A stretch of 64,000 nt of DNA, from the NCBI GenBank assembly GCA_963805315.1, contig CAWDTQ010000010.1, positions 154,937-218,936 of the forward strand, written 5' to 3'. How positions within the stretch are numbered: the stretch's first letter is position 1; the number at the start of each line of letters is the position of its first letter. Under the pieces are notes generated by a model. It did not search any database and had not been told where the DNA came from. It worked only from the letters and a program-made list of their open reading frames with translations. This document shows positions 25,415 through 37,468 of this stretch, in pieces. The position numbers and the translations under genes are program-made. The DNA is from an uncultured delta proteobacterium. GTDB taxonomy: Bacteria > Desulfobacterota > Binatia > Binatales > Binataceae.

Positions 25415-25714
25415 GTGCCTGTTCCGCTTTCGAAAAACGCACCTACCAAAACTAGAGTGGGATCCAGGTTGCAGAGCGAACGAACCTGCTTTCAAGCGGA
25501 CCAAACCGCTCTGGTGCAGGAACTGAAGTTGGTGGAAACCGCGATCGAAGATGGCGCAACCGAAATGGCGATGATCGCGGCCGAGAGCGTATTCGACGAG
25601 CAGGTGTCAAAGATTCTCATTGACGAGGCCCGCGCCTTGCACCGGATGGGGCAGGGGCTCAAGAGCCTGCGACTTGAAGTCGCGCGTGCGCGGCTCGACA
25701 AGCATGGAAAATAG
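25415..25714 (+). CDS. Small helical hypothetical protein, paralogue B
   Basis: GTG start after AAAGGGGG; homologous to 23998..24261. Confidence 0.65.
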   Translation: MPVPLSKNAPTKTRVGSRLQSERTCFQADQTALVQELKLVETAIEDGATEMAMIAAESVFDEQVSKILIDEARALHRMGQGLKSLRLEVARARLDKHGK

Positions 25715-25770
25715 CGCAGCGTCGCACGCAAGCGCTGCCTGACTGGTCATCCCCGCTTCGAACGCCGACC

Positions 25771-27172
25771 TCAGTTGTGATTGTAGCCGCCAGCCTCGGT
25801 TTCGGTGAGTGGCCGTGAGAATGGATGCTTTTCGAGAAGCGCAAGCGAACGGCGAATGTCTTCCAGCAGAAGGTCGCCAAGGTCACGGCTAACACCGTGG
25901 CGAACCAGGATCCGCTGGACTACGAGATCCTCCCGGTTCGGCGGCATCGAGTAGGCCGGAACCTGCCATCCGCGCGCACGGAGCCGATCGGAAAGATCGT
26001 AAAGAGTGAAGCCGTAGTCGTTGCCCTCTCTGAGTGTCCAGCAGACCGCGGGAAGTCCCGCCGTGCCCGTCGTGGATGACGCGGAATGGCCCCATCTTGC
26101 CGATCTCGGCCGGCAAGTGTTGAGCGGTGTGGTAGCAGGCGTTCTGGACTTTCCGGTAGCCTTCGAACCCGAGCCGCAAGAAAATTGTAGTACTGGCAGA
26201 CGATTTGACCGGCCGGGCGCGAAAAGTTCAACGCGAAGGTCGGCATATCGCCGCCCAGGTAGTTGACGTGGAAAATCAGATCTTCCGGCAGGTCCGCATG
26301 GTCGCGCCATACCACCCATCCGACGCCAAGCGGAGCCAGGCCAAACTTGTGCCCCGAAGTATTGATGGACTTGACTCTTGGCAGGCGGAAATCCCACGCA
26401 AGGTCGGGCTCGCAGAACGGAGCGAGAAACCCGCCACTGGCCGCATCGACATGTATTGGAATGTCGAGTCCGCCGGTCTTCTCAAGATTGTCCAGAGCTT
26501 GCGCGATTGCCTGTACCGGCTCGTACTGACAGCACATCGTCACGCCGAGCGTCGGTACGACCATGATGGTATTTTCGTCGCAACGAGCCAGCGCCTGTTC
26601 CGGGCCCATCAGAAAACGGTCACCTTCGACCGGAACTTCACGGACCTCGACATCGAAGTAGCGGCCGAACTTGTGCCAGCAGACTTGCACCGGCCCGCAA
26701 ACCAGATTCGGCCTGTCAGCAGGCTTGCCCTGCGCTCGCCTCTTTTCCTTCCAGCGCCATTTCGCCGCAAGACCACCGAGCATCGCCGCCTCGCTGGAGC
26801 CGGTGGTGGAACAGCCGATGGTGTTTGAACCGGCGGGAGAATTCCAGAGGTCGGCCAGGATATGAACGCATCGCGCTCTCGATCTCGGCGGTCTGCGGAT
26901 ACTCGTCCTTGTCGCACATATTCTTGTCGATGCACTCGGCCATCAGCGTCTGCGCTTCGGGTTCGATCCAGGTGGTGCAGAAGGTCGCGAGGTTTTGCCG
27001 CGAGTTCCCATCGAGCAACAGCTCGTCGTGAATAAGTGCGTAAGCGGTATCGCGGCGAACTGCTCGTCGCGCGGAATTCGATACTTTGGAACCGACAGAG
27101 AAAGATCGCTGGAAGCATAGATGACCGTCCGAGATTTTCTTGCCGAGCGTCATGTTTTCTGTGAAGTGACAT
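25771..27172 (-). CDS. gadB: Glutamate decarboxylase (PLP-dependent), several frameshifts
   Basis: [47 protein letters not shown] (PLP Lys) and GWQVPAY motifs. Confidence 0.9.
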
Positions 27173-27900
27173 CTTCTGTTCCTCCAATGCCCGTCCAAAA
27201 CTGATCCCGCGTAACGAGCGCTGCTGAAGCGCACTGACGAGTCCGCCAATATCCTGCAACGCGGAGGGCGCTATAACCATTCCAAATAATTTCGATGCCG
27301 ATGCAGAGCAGGATGAAGGCCGACAGGCGCACGACCACATTGGTGCCCTGCTCGCCCAGCGCTCCGACGGTACCTTCGGCAAATCGGTAGCACACATATA
27401 TGGTTGCCGCGATCGCGACGAGACCGGCGACGGCCCCGCCGCCGAGGACCGCCAGTTGTGCGAACGGCTCCCGCGGCCGCTGGCTGCCGAGCGTAATCGC
27501 TACGGCAATCGATCCCGGGCCTACTGTGATCGGCATGGTGAGGGGATAAAACGCGTCGGTCGGCGATCCCGGCTTATGCGCGGTCCGGTCGTCGTACAAA
27601 ATCATCTCCCGCCTGGAGAAGGCTCCAGCCGGTTGCGGCCACGACGAGTCCGCCGGCGACACGCACGATGGGCAAAGTGATGCCGAAAAACTCAAGCACA
27701 TACGAGCCGAACAGCAGCGAGCCCAGCAGCAGGAAGAAGCTGTTGATCGTCACCCGAAGCGCGAGTGCGTTACGTTCGTCGTCGGTACAGTGTCGCGTCA
27801 GGCCGAGAAAAATCGGCGCGCCGCCGATAGGGTTTACGATCGGAAACAACCCGACGTAAACGAGAAGAAAGGCATTAGCAATATCGCTGACCGAGGTCAT
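27150..27900 (-). CDS. MarC family membrane protein (frameshifted)
   Basis: [40 protein letters not shown] and [12 protein letters not shown] motifs; exact stop uncertain. Confidence 0.85.
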
Positions 27901-28069
27901 GCCACCAGTTCTTGCGCGCGGGACGCAGTAGAACCGACACCGGGCGGAAACGCAACCATCGGATTGAACCGCCGGAGCGAAAATTCGCTCCGACGGTTTC
28001 GTCATCGAGAAATGTTTCGAGAAGAAAGATAACGAGTTAACCGATTGAAGCAAGCCCCTACAGAGAATT

Positions 28070-28261
28070 TTATTTTTCTACTAATTGACATCGATTTGCA
28101 GAATCGAGGTCGATAAAACTGTCTCGTCGCCGGAAGGGGTTCTCGATCAAATGATGGTCCTCGATCGGTACTGGTCCCGCCGGACCCGCCGTGCGGGAAT
28201 TCTGATTGTCGGCGAACGCCGCTCCGCTATCGGTGGTCAGAATCTTCCTGGAACCCATCAT
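28070..28261 (-). pseudogene. N-terminal remnant of a monofunctional heme catalase
   Basis: KILTTDSGAAFADNQNSRTAGPAGPVPIEDHHLIE resembles the catalase N-terminus (LTTxxGAPVxDNQNSxTAGPRGP..D..LIE); similarity ends abruptly. Confidence 0.75.
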
Positions 28262-28403
28262 TTTTCTCCCCTGCTTCAGTGACACCTGACAAGGCGTGAA
28301 AAATGAGCGCACAATCGAGTGGTGGGCTGTAGATGGCGCGGATGGTAGGATTCGTCGAGACGCGGTCCACCAGAAGTCGGCTCGAATGGCCTAGGGAATT
28401 CAG

Positions 28404-31400
28404 ATGCCACGTGAGACGCGGAGCGCTCGATCCACGGCGGTTGGAACCGGCGAGGCAGTGTCCAGCGTCCGCTCTGCCCAAAGCGGAGCGTTCCGGAAAG
28501 AGGGCGAGTACTGGACCGTCGGCTACGGCGGGAAATCCTTTCGTCTCAAGGACACCAAGGGGCTCGGCTACCTCGCGCATTTGCTGCGGCATCCTGCGGC
28601 CGAATTCCACGTGCTCGATCTGGTCGGCGGGATTGCAGGCAAGCATGAGGACGACGAAAACGAGAGCAGTGGGTCGGCGCACGGCTTGCCGCGAGGCGAG
28701 GAGGAGCTTGAAAAGGCCGGAATCCATATCGGCAGCCTGGGCGACGCTGGCGAGATGCTCGACGATCAAGCCAAGGCCGCGTACAAGCGGCGGCTGTCCG
28801 ACTTGCGCGAAGACCTCGATGAAGCCAAGGAAGTGGGAAACGTCGCGCGCGCCGAGCGGGCGGAAGAGGAGATCGACGCGCTGACGAGAGAACTGTCGCG
28901 CGCGGTGGGACTCGGCGGGCGCAATCGCAAGGCAGCGTCAGCCTCGGAACGGGCGCGGCAGAGCATCACCAAGACCATCAAGGCGGTACTGGAAAGAATC
29001 GCGGAGAGCGACGCAACGCTCGGCGAGATCCTGTCGCGGGGTATCAAGACCGGCGCCTTCTGCTCCTACCAGCCTGACCCGGATTTTCCGATTGAGTGGC
29101 AATTCGGTGAATCGACTATCGAGCCAGAGCAGCGCCCGGCTTCGAGTGGCGATGCCGCGCCGGCACGAGCCGATCATCGGCCGGACTCGCGGGTGGTGCT
29201 GGAGGTTTCGCCGTTCTCGCTCGCGCAACGGACCTCCTTTGTGGGGCGGGAATCTGAACTAGGGGCGATTCGTGCGGCGATCGATCGCGCGCTGAGCGGC
29301 CACGGCTCGCTGTTCATGCTCGGCGGCGGACCCGGCGTCGGCAAGAGCCGTTTGGCGAAGGAGATGGCGGATTACGCGTCGCGCGTTGGCTTCCGATGCA
29401 CCGTAGGCCACTGCTACGAGAGAGACGAACCGTTTCCGTATCTCCCCTTCGTCGAGATCATCGAAAGCATGCTGGCGCAGGCGGCCCGTCAGGATGATTT
29501 CCGTCGCGCGTTGGGCGAAAATGCCGCCGAACTGGCCCAGATGGCGCCCAGCCTGCGGCGGGTTTTTCCGGATATTCCGCAACCACTGGAACTGCCGCCG
29601 GCGCAAAAGCGCCGTTATCTTTTCCAGAGCTTTTCTGAGGGGCTGGGGCGCGCGGCACAAAGCCGCTCGCAGTTGGGCATCCTCGAGGACCTTCAGTGGG
29701 CGGACGAATCGACGCTCGCGCTTTTGATTCATCTGGCCAATCGGGTCGCTCAGCTCCCGGTAGTGATCATCGGCACCTATCGCGACGGATATTCGGAGCA
29801 TAATCCGGCGCTGGTCAGAACCCTGGAAGAGCTGATTCGGATGGATATTCGTCCGCTGAAGCTGGGCGGTCTATCAAAAGACGCGGTCGCGCAAATGTTG
29901 CATTGGCTCAGCCAAAGGCAAGCTCCGGAAAGCCTGGTGAACCTCATCTTTGAGGAGAGCCAGGGATATCCATTCTTCGTCGAAGAGGTTTACCGGCATC
30001 TGGTCGAAGAGGGGAAAATCTTCGACGAGGCGGGGCAGTTCCGCACTGACATCGAGATCGACGAGATCGACGTTCCCGAAAACGTACGCTTGATCATCGG
30101 GCGACGCCTGGAGCGGTTCAACGAGAATGAAAAGCGCGTGCTGGCAGCCGCCGCGATGATCGGACGCAGTTTCAGCTTTCGGCTGCTGACCGAGGTCAGC
30201 CAAGTCGACGTTGACGAACTCTTCACCGTCATCGAGAAAGCGCAGCAGATGGGAATAATCGTCCCCAGCTCCGAGGGACCCGAGAAGCCGTTCACCTTCG
30301 CCCATGAACTCGTGCGTCAGACGCTACTCGCCGAGCATGTCGGCTCCGCGCAAACAACAAATGCACGCGGCGGTCGCCGAACGCGATCGAGCTGGTCTAT
30401 CCCCGTTTCGTCAACGAGCGCGCCGGGGAGATCGCTGAGCATCTCCTCAAGGCAGGATCGTTCGCGGACGGCCGGAAAGTGGTCCGTTACCTGATGCTTG
30501 CGGGTAAGAATGCACTCGATGCCGCCGCATTCGAGGAAGCGCGGCGCAGCTTTCGGTCTGCCTTGTCGTATCAAGGCGCACTTGACCTGAGAGAAAAAGC
30601 TGAGCTGCTGGCGAGCCTCGCGATGGCCGAGCTGGGTCTCGAGCAATGGGACGCAGCAGTCGCCAATCTCCGCGAGGCGCTCGAAATTTACACCAATCTC
30701 GGCGACCGGGAGATGATCGGCAGCAGCTTTGCCGAATTAGCCGATGCCTTCATCTGGGTTGGCCGCTTCCGGGACGCGATCGAAACTGCTCGTCGTGGAC
30801 TCGACTACCTTGGGGCGGACGTCAGCGCTAACCGGGTACGCCTTCTCGCTGCCCTCGGGCAGGCCAGCGCGGCCTCTGCAGGCCGCGAGTCGGCATGTGA
30901 GGCGCTGAAGGACGCACTGGATATAGCATCCAAACTTTCCGATCCAAAGCTTGAGGCCAGGGTGCTCGGCGCTCGGTCGATTGTAAATCTGCATTTCTTT
31001 CGTTTGAGAGAATCTGCGGAAGATGGACTTCGCAGCGAACAAGCTGGGCGGATCGGATGCGCCTCCCTGGCAGCGCGCCCTGCAGCTACGAGTTCTGCAT
31101 CAGACATTGCTGACTCTAGGGAGGTTGGAAGAGGCTGTCAGAATAGCGGACGAGCTTGAGCCCTTGGCGACCAGGATAGGACAAGCTTATTCCATCGCGA
31201 TTTGCCTGAGCACCCGAACCTGGCTCGAATTCGTCAGAGAGCCCAACCTGGCCAAACTCGATGCCGGCTTTCAGGAAGTGTCGAAGTCCGACGCGAAAGC
31301 GAGGTTTCCCTTCTGGGAAGTTCTCTCCGAGGTACAACTAAGTGTGTTGGATTTCATTCGCGGCGACTGGGCGGGCGCTTTATCGCATGCGCAGGCCTCC

Positions 31401-32099
31401 TGCCGCCGCGACCCGGAAATGAGCTCGATCGAGGGCTTCGGTGAGGGAGCACTTTTTCGACAGATGGCATACTCCGGCGATCGCGCCGGCGCATTGGCAT
31501 TGCTTGAAAAGAATCGCGCGTCGTTGCCGGTTAGCGGCCGGGAAACCATAAGAGGTTCGTGGTGGATGCTCGGCGTTGGTGGTCGAGGGCCTTTTCATGC
31601 TCGGCGAGCAGAGAGCAAGCCGGAAAGCTTTACCCACTTGTCCGCGAGTTGATCGACACTGGAGCAGTAGTGGTTTGGCCGATCCCACGCTACACGCAGA
31701 CTATCGCGGGACTCGCTGCGGCTGGGGCACATCAGTGGGAAACCGCCGAGAAATCATTTTCAGGTCGCAAGGCGGCAAGCTGAATTCTTTCCGGATCTCC
31801 TCGAACAAGCCGAGATACGCCGCTTCCACGCGATGATGCTGAGGGACCGCGCCGGCGCAGGCGATCGCGAAAAAGCGCGAACACTACTTAGTGAGGCGCT
31901 GGAGACCTACACGCATATCGGGATGCCTCGTCACATCGAGATGACTCAGGCTCTCGCCAAGGATCTGCACCGACTGATCGCGAGCTCCAGACTTGCTCTG
32001 ACCTTGAAGAGTCGACTGGCTGCGCGCCGGCGGCGCCATGAATTCCGGTCCTATCGGATCCTTGACGGTGGCGCGAATGATCCGATCGATCTCACGTAG
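28404..32099 (+). CDS. STAND/AAA_16 ATPase with TPR-like C-terminus and N-terminal helical domain (frameshifted into about 5 ORFs)
   Basis: FVGRESEL, Walker A GGPGVGKS, Walker B ILEDLQWAD, GYPFFVEE and FAHELVR motifs, followed by helical repeats. Confidence 0.85.
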
Positions 32100-33007
32100 C
32101 GCGCTGTCGTCGAGCTTCCATCCCATCACGTCGCCAACCGGGTCGAGTTGGCCGGGATGTCGTGCGCCCCAAAGCGCGCTCGTCACGCCCGGCTGATCGA
32201 GCACCCATCTGAGCGCCAGGTGGATGACTCGTTTGCCGTAATTTTCCTGGGCGAAATCATCCAGCCGCCTTACGGCCTCGAGGTACTGTTGGAATCGCGG
32301 TGGTTGGAATTTAGGATCGGTTCTGCGCAGGTCGTCGCCTTCGAATTTGGTGTCGGGGTTCATCCGGCCGCTCAGCAATCCGCGGCAGATCGCGCCGTAG
32401 GCAAGTACCGCGATGCCTTGCGATGCGCAGTACGGCAGGACATCTTTTTCGATCTCGCGCTCGAAGAGATTGTAGGGCGGCTGCGCGGTATGAATCGGCG
32501 CGACCTGGCCGGAACTCATTCATCTGCGCCGGCGAAAAGTTACTCACGCCAATCGCGCGAATTTTGCCCTGCTTGAAGAGCGTCGCCATCGCGTCGGCGG
32601 TCTCGCCGATCGGGGTCATCGGATCCGGCCAGTGCACCTGGTAGATGTCGATCACGTCGGTCCTGAGCCTCTTCAGCGACGCCTCGACTTCGGCGAAGAT
32701 TCGCGCGCGGGTCGCGTTGCGAAACGGCTCGCCGTTGCTCCAGTCGAGCCCGACCTTGGTGGCGATCGCCACTCGCTGTCTCAGACCGTCTGACGCGAGC
32801 GCTTTGCCGACGATCTCTTCCGACCTGCCGAAGCCATACACCGGCGCGGTGTCGATCAGCGTGATCCCGCGATCGATTGCGGAATGGATCGTGCGGATCG
32901 ATTCCTCTTCATCGGTGCCGCCCCACATCCATCCACCCATCGCCCACGTGCCCAGACCGATCCGCGAAAACTGAAGATCTCGCACTTCGGATTCTCGTGG
33001 TTTCCAT
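31884..33007 (-). CDS. Aldo/keto reductase (YhdN/general stress protein 69-like), frameshifted
   Basis: SRIGLGTWAMGG, IDTAPVYG, YQVHWPD, QPPYNLFER and GPEFMAPP motifs. Confidence 0.88.
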
Positions 33008-33021
33008 ATCGTCTTCTCCTT

Positions 33022-34182
33022 TCACGATTTGCTTGGGTTGCTCTCGACTGGTTGAACCGGTTCGCCGTCGCGCGCCGCCTCTCCGACGTTCACTGCGATC
33101 TGCTCGCCCGCGCGAAGGTCCCCGTTGACTTCGACCTTGTATCCGTCGTCGTGGCCGACCGTCACTTCGACCAGTTTGAGATGGTTGTCACGCACGACCG
33201 GCAAATAAATTTTGTCGTTGCGGAATATGAGCGCGTCGTCGGGCGCTGTCAGGCTGGTGGACGTCACGTGCGCGGTCATCTTCATGTTCGCGTACATTCC
33301 AGGAAGCAGCGACCGATCCTGATTTGGCAAATCGACCTCGACCAGCATCGTGCGGGTGGTTTGATCGAGAGCCTCGGGATGGCGCGTGATCGTGCCGGTG
33401 AAATTGCGGTTGGGAAAATCGGTGACGGTTATCGTTGCTGGATCGCCGTCCTTGATAAACGACGAGATGCTTTGCGGGACGTATGCATAGACCCTGAGCG
33501 GGGACAGCGTGGCCAGCGCGACGATGGGTATGCTGGGTGTCGATGATGGCGTCGTTGCTTGCGGAATCAAGGTACCGGGATCGACATAGCGCGCAGTTAC
33601 GATGCCGTCGAAGGACGACCGCACTACCTCATACTGTTGCATCGCGAGTTGTTGCTGGTAGAGCCGCCTTTGCCTGCAACATCGCGGAGTGCGTCTGGTC
33701 GGCCGTCTGTTGCGGAACGACCTGCTGGCGAACGAGATCCTGGTAGCGGACGTCGGTAACGTTTTGAATCCAATAGAAAGAACGGGCATCAGCCACCTGC
33801 TTGTCCGTCTCCGGCGATTCGATCAGCGCGATAACCTCTCCCGCCTTGACGTGGTCGCCCTTGTCCACGTTGATGGTCTTCATGTAGCCGGCGACCTTCG
33901 CGTAGACCGGAGTTTCGATGTAGCCGTGAATGCTGGCCGGAAGCTCGATCGTCCGCGACGCACTGCCGCCTGAAATCTGCGTCACCAGCACATGCGGTCC
34001 GATCGCGGCGGTTTGAGCAAGCTCCGTCGTCTGACGCTGGAGGAGATCCTGCCGCGCGAGCACGAATCCGCCGGAAACGACTGAAGGCTACAAATACTGC
34101 CGCAAACAGGGCGATCAGTGAGCAAGCGGCCGGATTTGCGTTGATTGCGGTTCTCTTCTGGCTGCTTATCGATGGAACTCAT
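33022..34182 (-). CDS. RND efflux periplasmic adaptor (MFP), frameshifted
   Basis: YAKVAGYMKTINVDKGDHVKAG, FDGIVTARYVDPG and TRTMLVEVDLPN..LLPGMY motifs. Confidence 0.88.
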
Positions 34183-34185
34183 TGT

Positions 34186-37100
34186 TCAGGCTCCTGGTAT
34201 CGAGATCGCTTCGACGCGTTCGTCGCGCTGCTTCTTGGTGATCAGCGTGCGACTGAAGATTGAATAGACCGCGGGCACCACGAACAGCGTCATCATGGTT
34301 GCCGCGAAAAGTCCGCCGATGACGGCGCGCCCCAGCGGCGCGTTCTGCTCCGAGCCCTCGCCCAGCGCGAGCGCCATCGGCAGCATCCCGAGAATCATCG
34401 CGAGCGCCGTCATGATGATCGGCCGGAAACGGACGTGGCCCGCCTCGATCGCAGCCTCGACCGGTCCCATCCCTTCCTCACGCATCTCGTTGGCGAAAGT
34501 GATGAGCAGGTTGCCGTTGGCGACGCCGACGCCGACGGCCATGATCGCGCCCATCAGCGACTCGACGTTGATCGTCGTGCCCGTCAGCACCAGCATCCAG
34601 AGCACGCCGGCCAGCGCGCCCGGAACCGCCATTATGATGATGAACGGCTCGAGCCATGACTGAAAATTCGCGACCATCAGCAGATAGACCAGGACGATCG
34701 CGAGGATCAGGCCCAAGCCCATCGTCTTGAACGACTGGTTCATCGCCTGGCTCTGCCCGCGAATGACGACGTGGGTGCCGGCCGGCAGTTGGCCGAGACT
34801 GTCTATCGCCTTTTGAACCGCGCTGGTCGTGCTGCCGAGGTCGCGTCCATCGACGCCGCAATCCACGTCGATAACTCGCTGCACCGTGTAGTGCGCGACC
34901 ACCGCAGGGTCGTTGCTGTGGCTAATCGACGCGACGTTGCCGAGAAATTGTGCCTTCGGTCCAACGGTGCCGTTGGTGAGCGGCGTATTGTTGGTCCCGT
35001 TGATGTACGGCGTATTGGTGGTGCCGTCGCTGAGCGGCGCATTGGTGCTGCCGTTGGTGAGCGGAGTGTTGGCGATTTGATCGATAGACGCAGTCGTCTG
35101 AATAGGCGCCTGGGTCACGACGTTGTAATTGACGCCGTTGACCGGATCGAGCCAGTAGTTCGGCGAGATCAGGCTGTTGCCGCTCAGCGACGAGAGCAGC
35201 CCCGACGCGACCTGCTGCTCGGTTACGCCGAGCTCGAGCGCTTTGGCGCGATCGACCTTGACCTTGAACGACGGGTAGTCCAGCGGCTCCGCGATCCGCA
35301 TATCGGTGACGCCCGGAATCATCGCCATCTTCGCGGCGAGGCGCGCGGCGATTTTGTAATCGGAGTGGAGATCGTTGCCGTTGATTTGAGCGTCGATCGC
35401 CGCCGGCAGCCCGAAGTTCAGCACCTGGTTCACGATGTCGGCGGCCATGAAGTAGCCTTCGACATTCGGGAACTTCGTGCTCATCATTTCGCGGATGCGC
35501 TGCTGGTAAACGGCCGTCGGATGATGCTTCGGCTTGAGCTGGATCAGGATTTCGCCGTCCTGGGGGCCGATGTTGTCGCTCGGGAAAAACGCGATCGCGT
35601 ATGGCTGCGGCAGATCGATGTCGTCGCTTATCTGCTGCAGCTCATCGGCGGGAATTATCTGCCGGATCGAGCGCTCGATTTCGTCGACCATGACGGTGGT
35701 CCGCTCGATCCGCGTTCCGCTCGGCGCGCGCACGTGAAACTTCATGAGTCCGGCGTCGACCGTCGGAAAGAAATCCTCGCCCGTGACGTACAGCAGCGGC
35801 AGCGTGCCGACGATCATCAGCGCGGCGCAGGTCAGTGAGAGGCCGCGATGCGCAATGAACGTAGTCACCGCCGACACGTAATGCTGGCGGAGGCGCTCGA
35901 AGCCTGCTTCGAACCCGCGCAGGAACCGTCCCCAGAGTCCTGTGCCGTGGACCTCCTGGTGTCTCTCGGGCAGCAGGTAGGAGGCCATCGTCGGCACCAG
36001 CGTGCGCGACAACAGGTACGAGGTCAGCATCGCGAACACGACGGCCAGCGCGAGCGGCGTGAAAAGAAAACGCGCGACGCCGGTCAGCAGCACCACCGGA
36101 AAAAACACGATGCAGATGGAAAGCGTGCCGATGAACGTCGGCGTGGCGATCTGGTGCGCGCCATCGAGAATCGCGACCAGCAGCGGCTTGTTCATCGCGT
36201 GATTGCGATGGATGTTCTCGATCTCGACCGTCGCATCATCGACCAGCATCCCGACTGCAAGCGCAATTCCGCCCAGCGTCATCGTGTTGATCGTCTGGCC
36301 GGCAAGATGCAGGCATGCGATGGAGGTAAGGATCGAGAGCGGGATCGACGCGATCACGATCAGCATGCTGCGCGGGCGAACCGATGAATACCAGCACCAT
36401 CAACGCCACCAGCGCCGCCGCGATCGCCGCCTCGCGCACGACCTCCCATAGCGACGCGCGAACGAAGGCGGACTGGTCGAAGGTGAGCGCGACCTTCAGG
36501 CCCTTGGGCGCGACCGCGAGAATGTCCGGGATGCGCGCCGGACGGCGTCGACGACCGACAACGTCGACGCGGCCGCGTGCTTGATCACCAGCAGAAAGGT
36601 CGCAGGACGCCCGTCGATACGCACGACGTTGGTCTGCGGCTGATGCGTATCGCTGACCGGTGCGACATCGCCGAGAAAAACCGGGATGCCGTTGGTTACT
36701 TTGATCGGCAGCCGGTTGAACTCGGACACCTTGGTCGGATTCATGTTCAGGTCAACGTCGTACTCGTAGTTGCCCATGCGAGCCGTGCCCGACGGGATGA
36801 CGACGTTGGTGGTCGAGAGCGCGTTGCCGATATCCACCGGCGACAGGCCGTTGGCGTACAGCTGCTTGGGATCGAGGTTGACGACGACCGCGCGCTGAAC
36901 GCCGCCGATCGGCGCGGGCGACGAAAATCCAGGTATCGTGAAAAGCTGCAGGCGAATGAAATTCAGACCGTAGTCAAAGAGCTGCTGTTGCGAGAGCGTG
37001 TCGCTGTAGATGTTGAGCTGAGCGACCGGAACGTTCGCGGCGTTGTAGGAAATGATATTCGGGGCCGTAGTGCCCGTGGGCGCCTGGCGCAGGATTGTCT

Positions 37101-37443
37101 CCGAAACCGAGTCGATTTGCGCGATCGCGGCGCCGATGTCCGTGCCCGGTTGGAAATAAACTTTGAGCATGCCGATTCCGAGCATCGACTCCGACTCGAT
37201 ATGCTCGATTCCATCGACGGTCGTCGAATAGGCGCGCTCGCTGATGATCACGAGCCGGCGCTCCATATCGATCGCGTTGAGCCCGGGGTAGCTCCAGACC
37301 ACCATCACGACCGGCAGATTGATGGCTGGAAAAATATCGACGTTCATCAGGGTGAACGAGAGCACGCCCATCACCAGCATCAGCAGCGCCATGACCGCCA
37401 CTGAGAGCGGACGCCGAAGCGCCAGTCGAACGATCCACATCAT
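34186..37443 (-). CDS. RND efflux transporter permease subunit (frameshifted near 36370-36540)
   Basis: ALRRP..DIFPAI, LAVGMLVDDATVEIEN, RFRPIIMTALAMILGMLP and APLGRAVIGG motifs. Confidence 0.92.
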
Positions 37444-37468
37444 GGCTGATAACCCTCCCGCAGACGCC

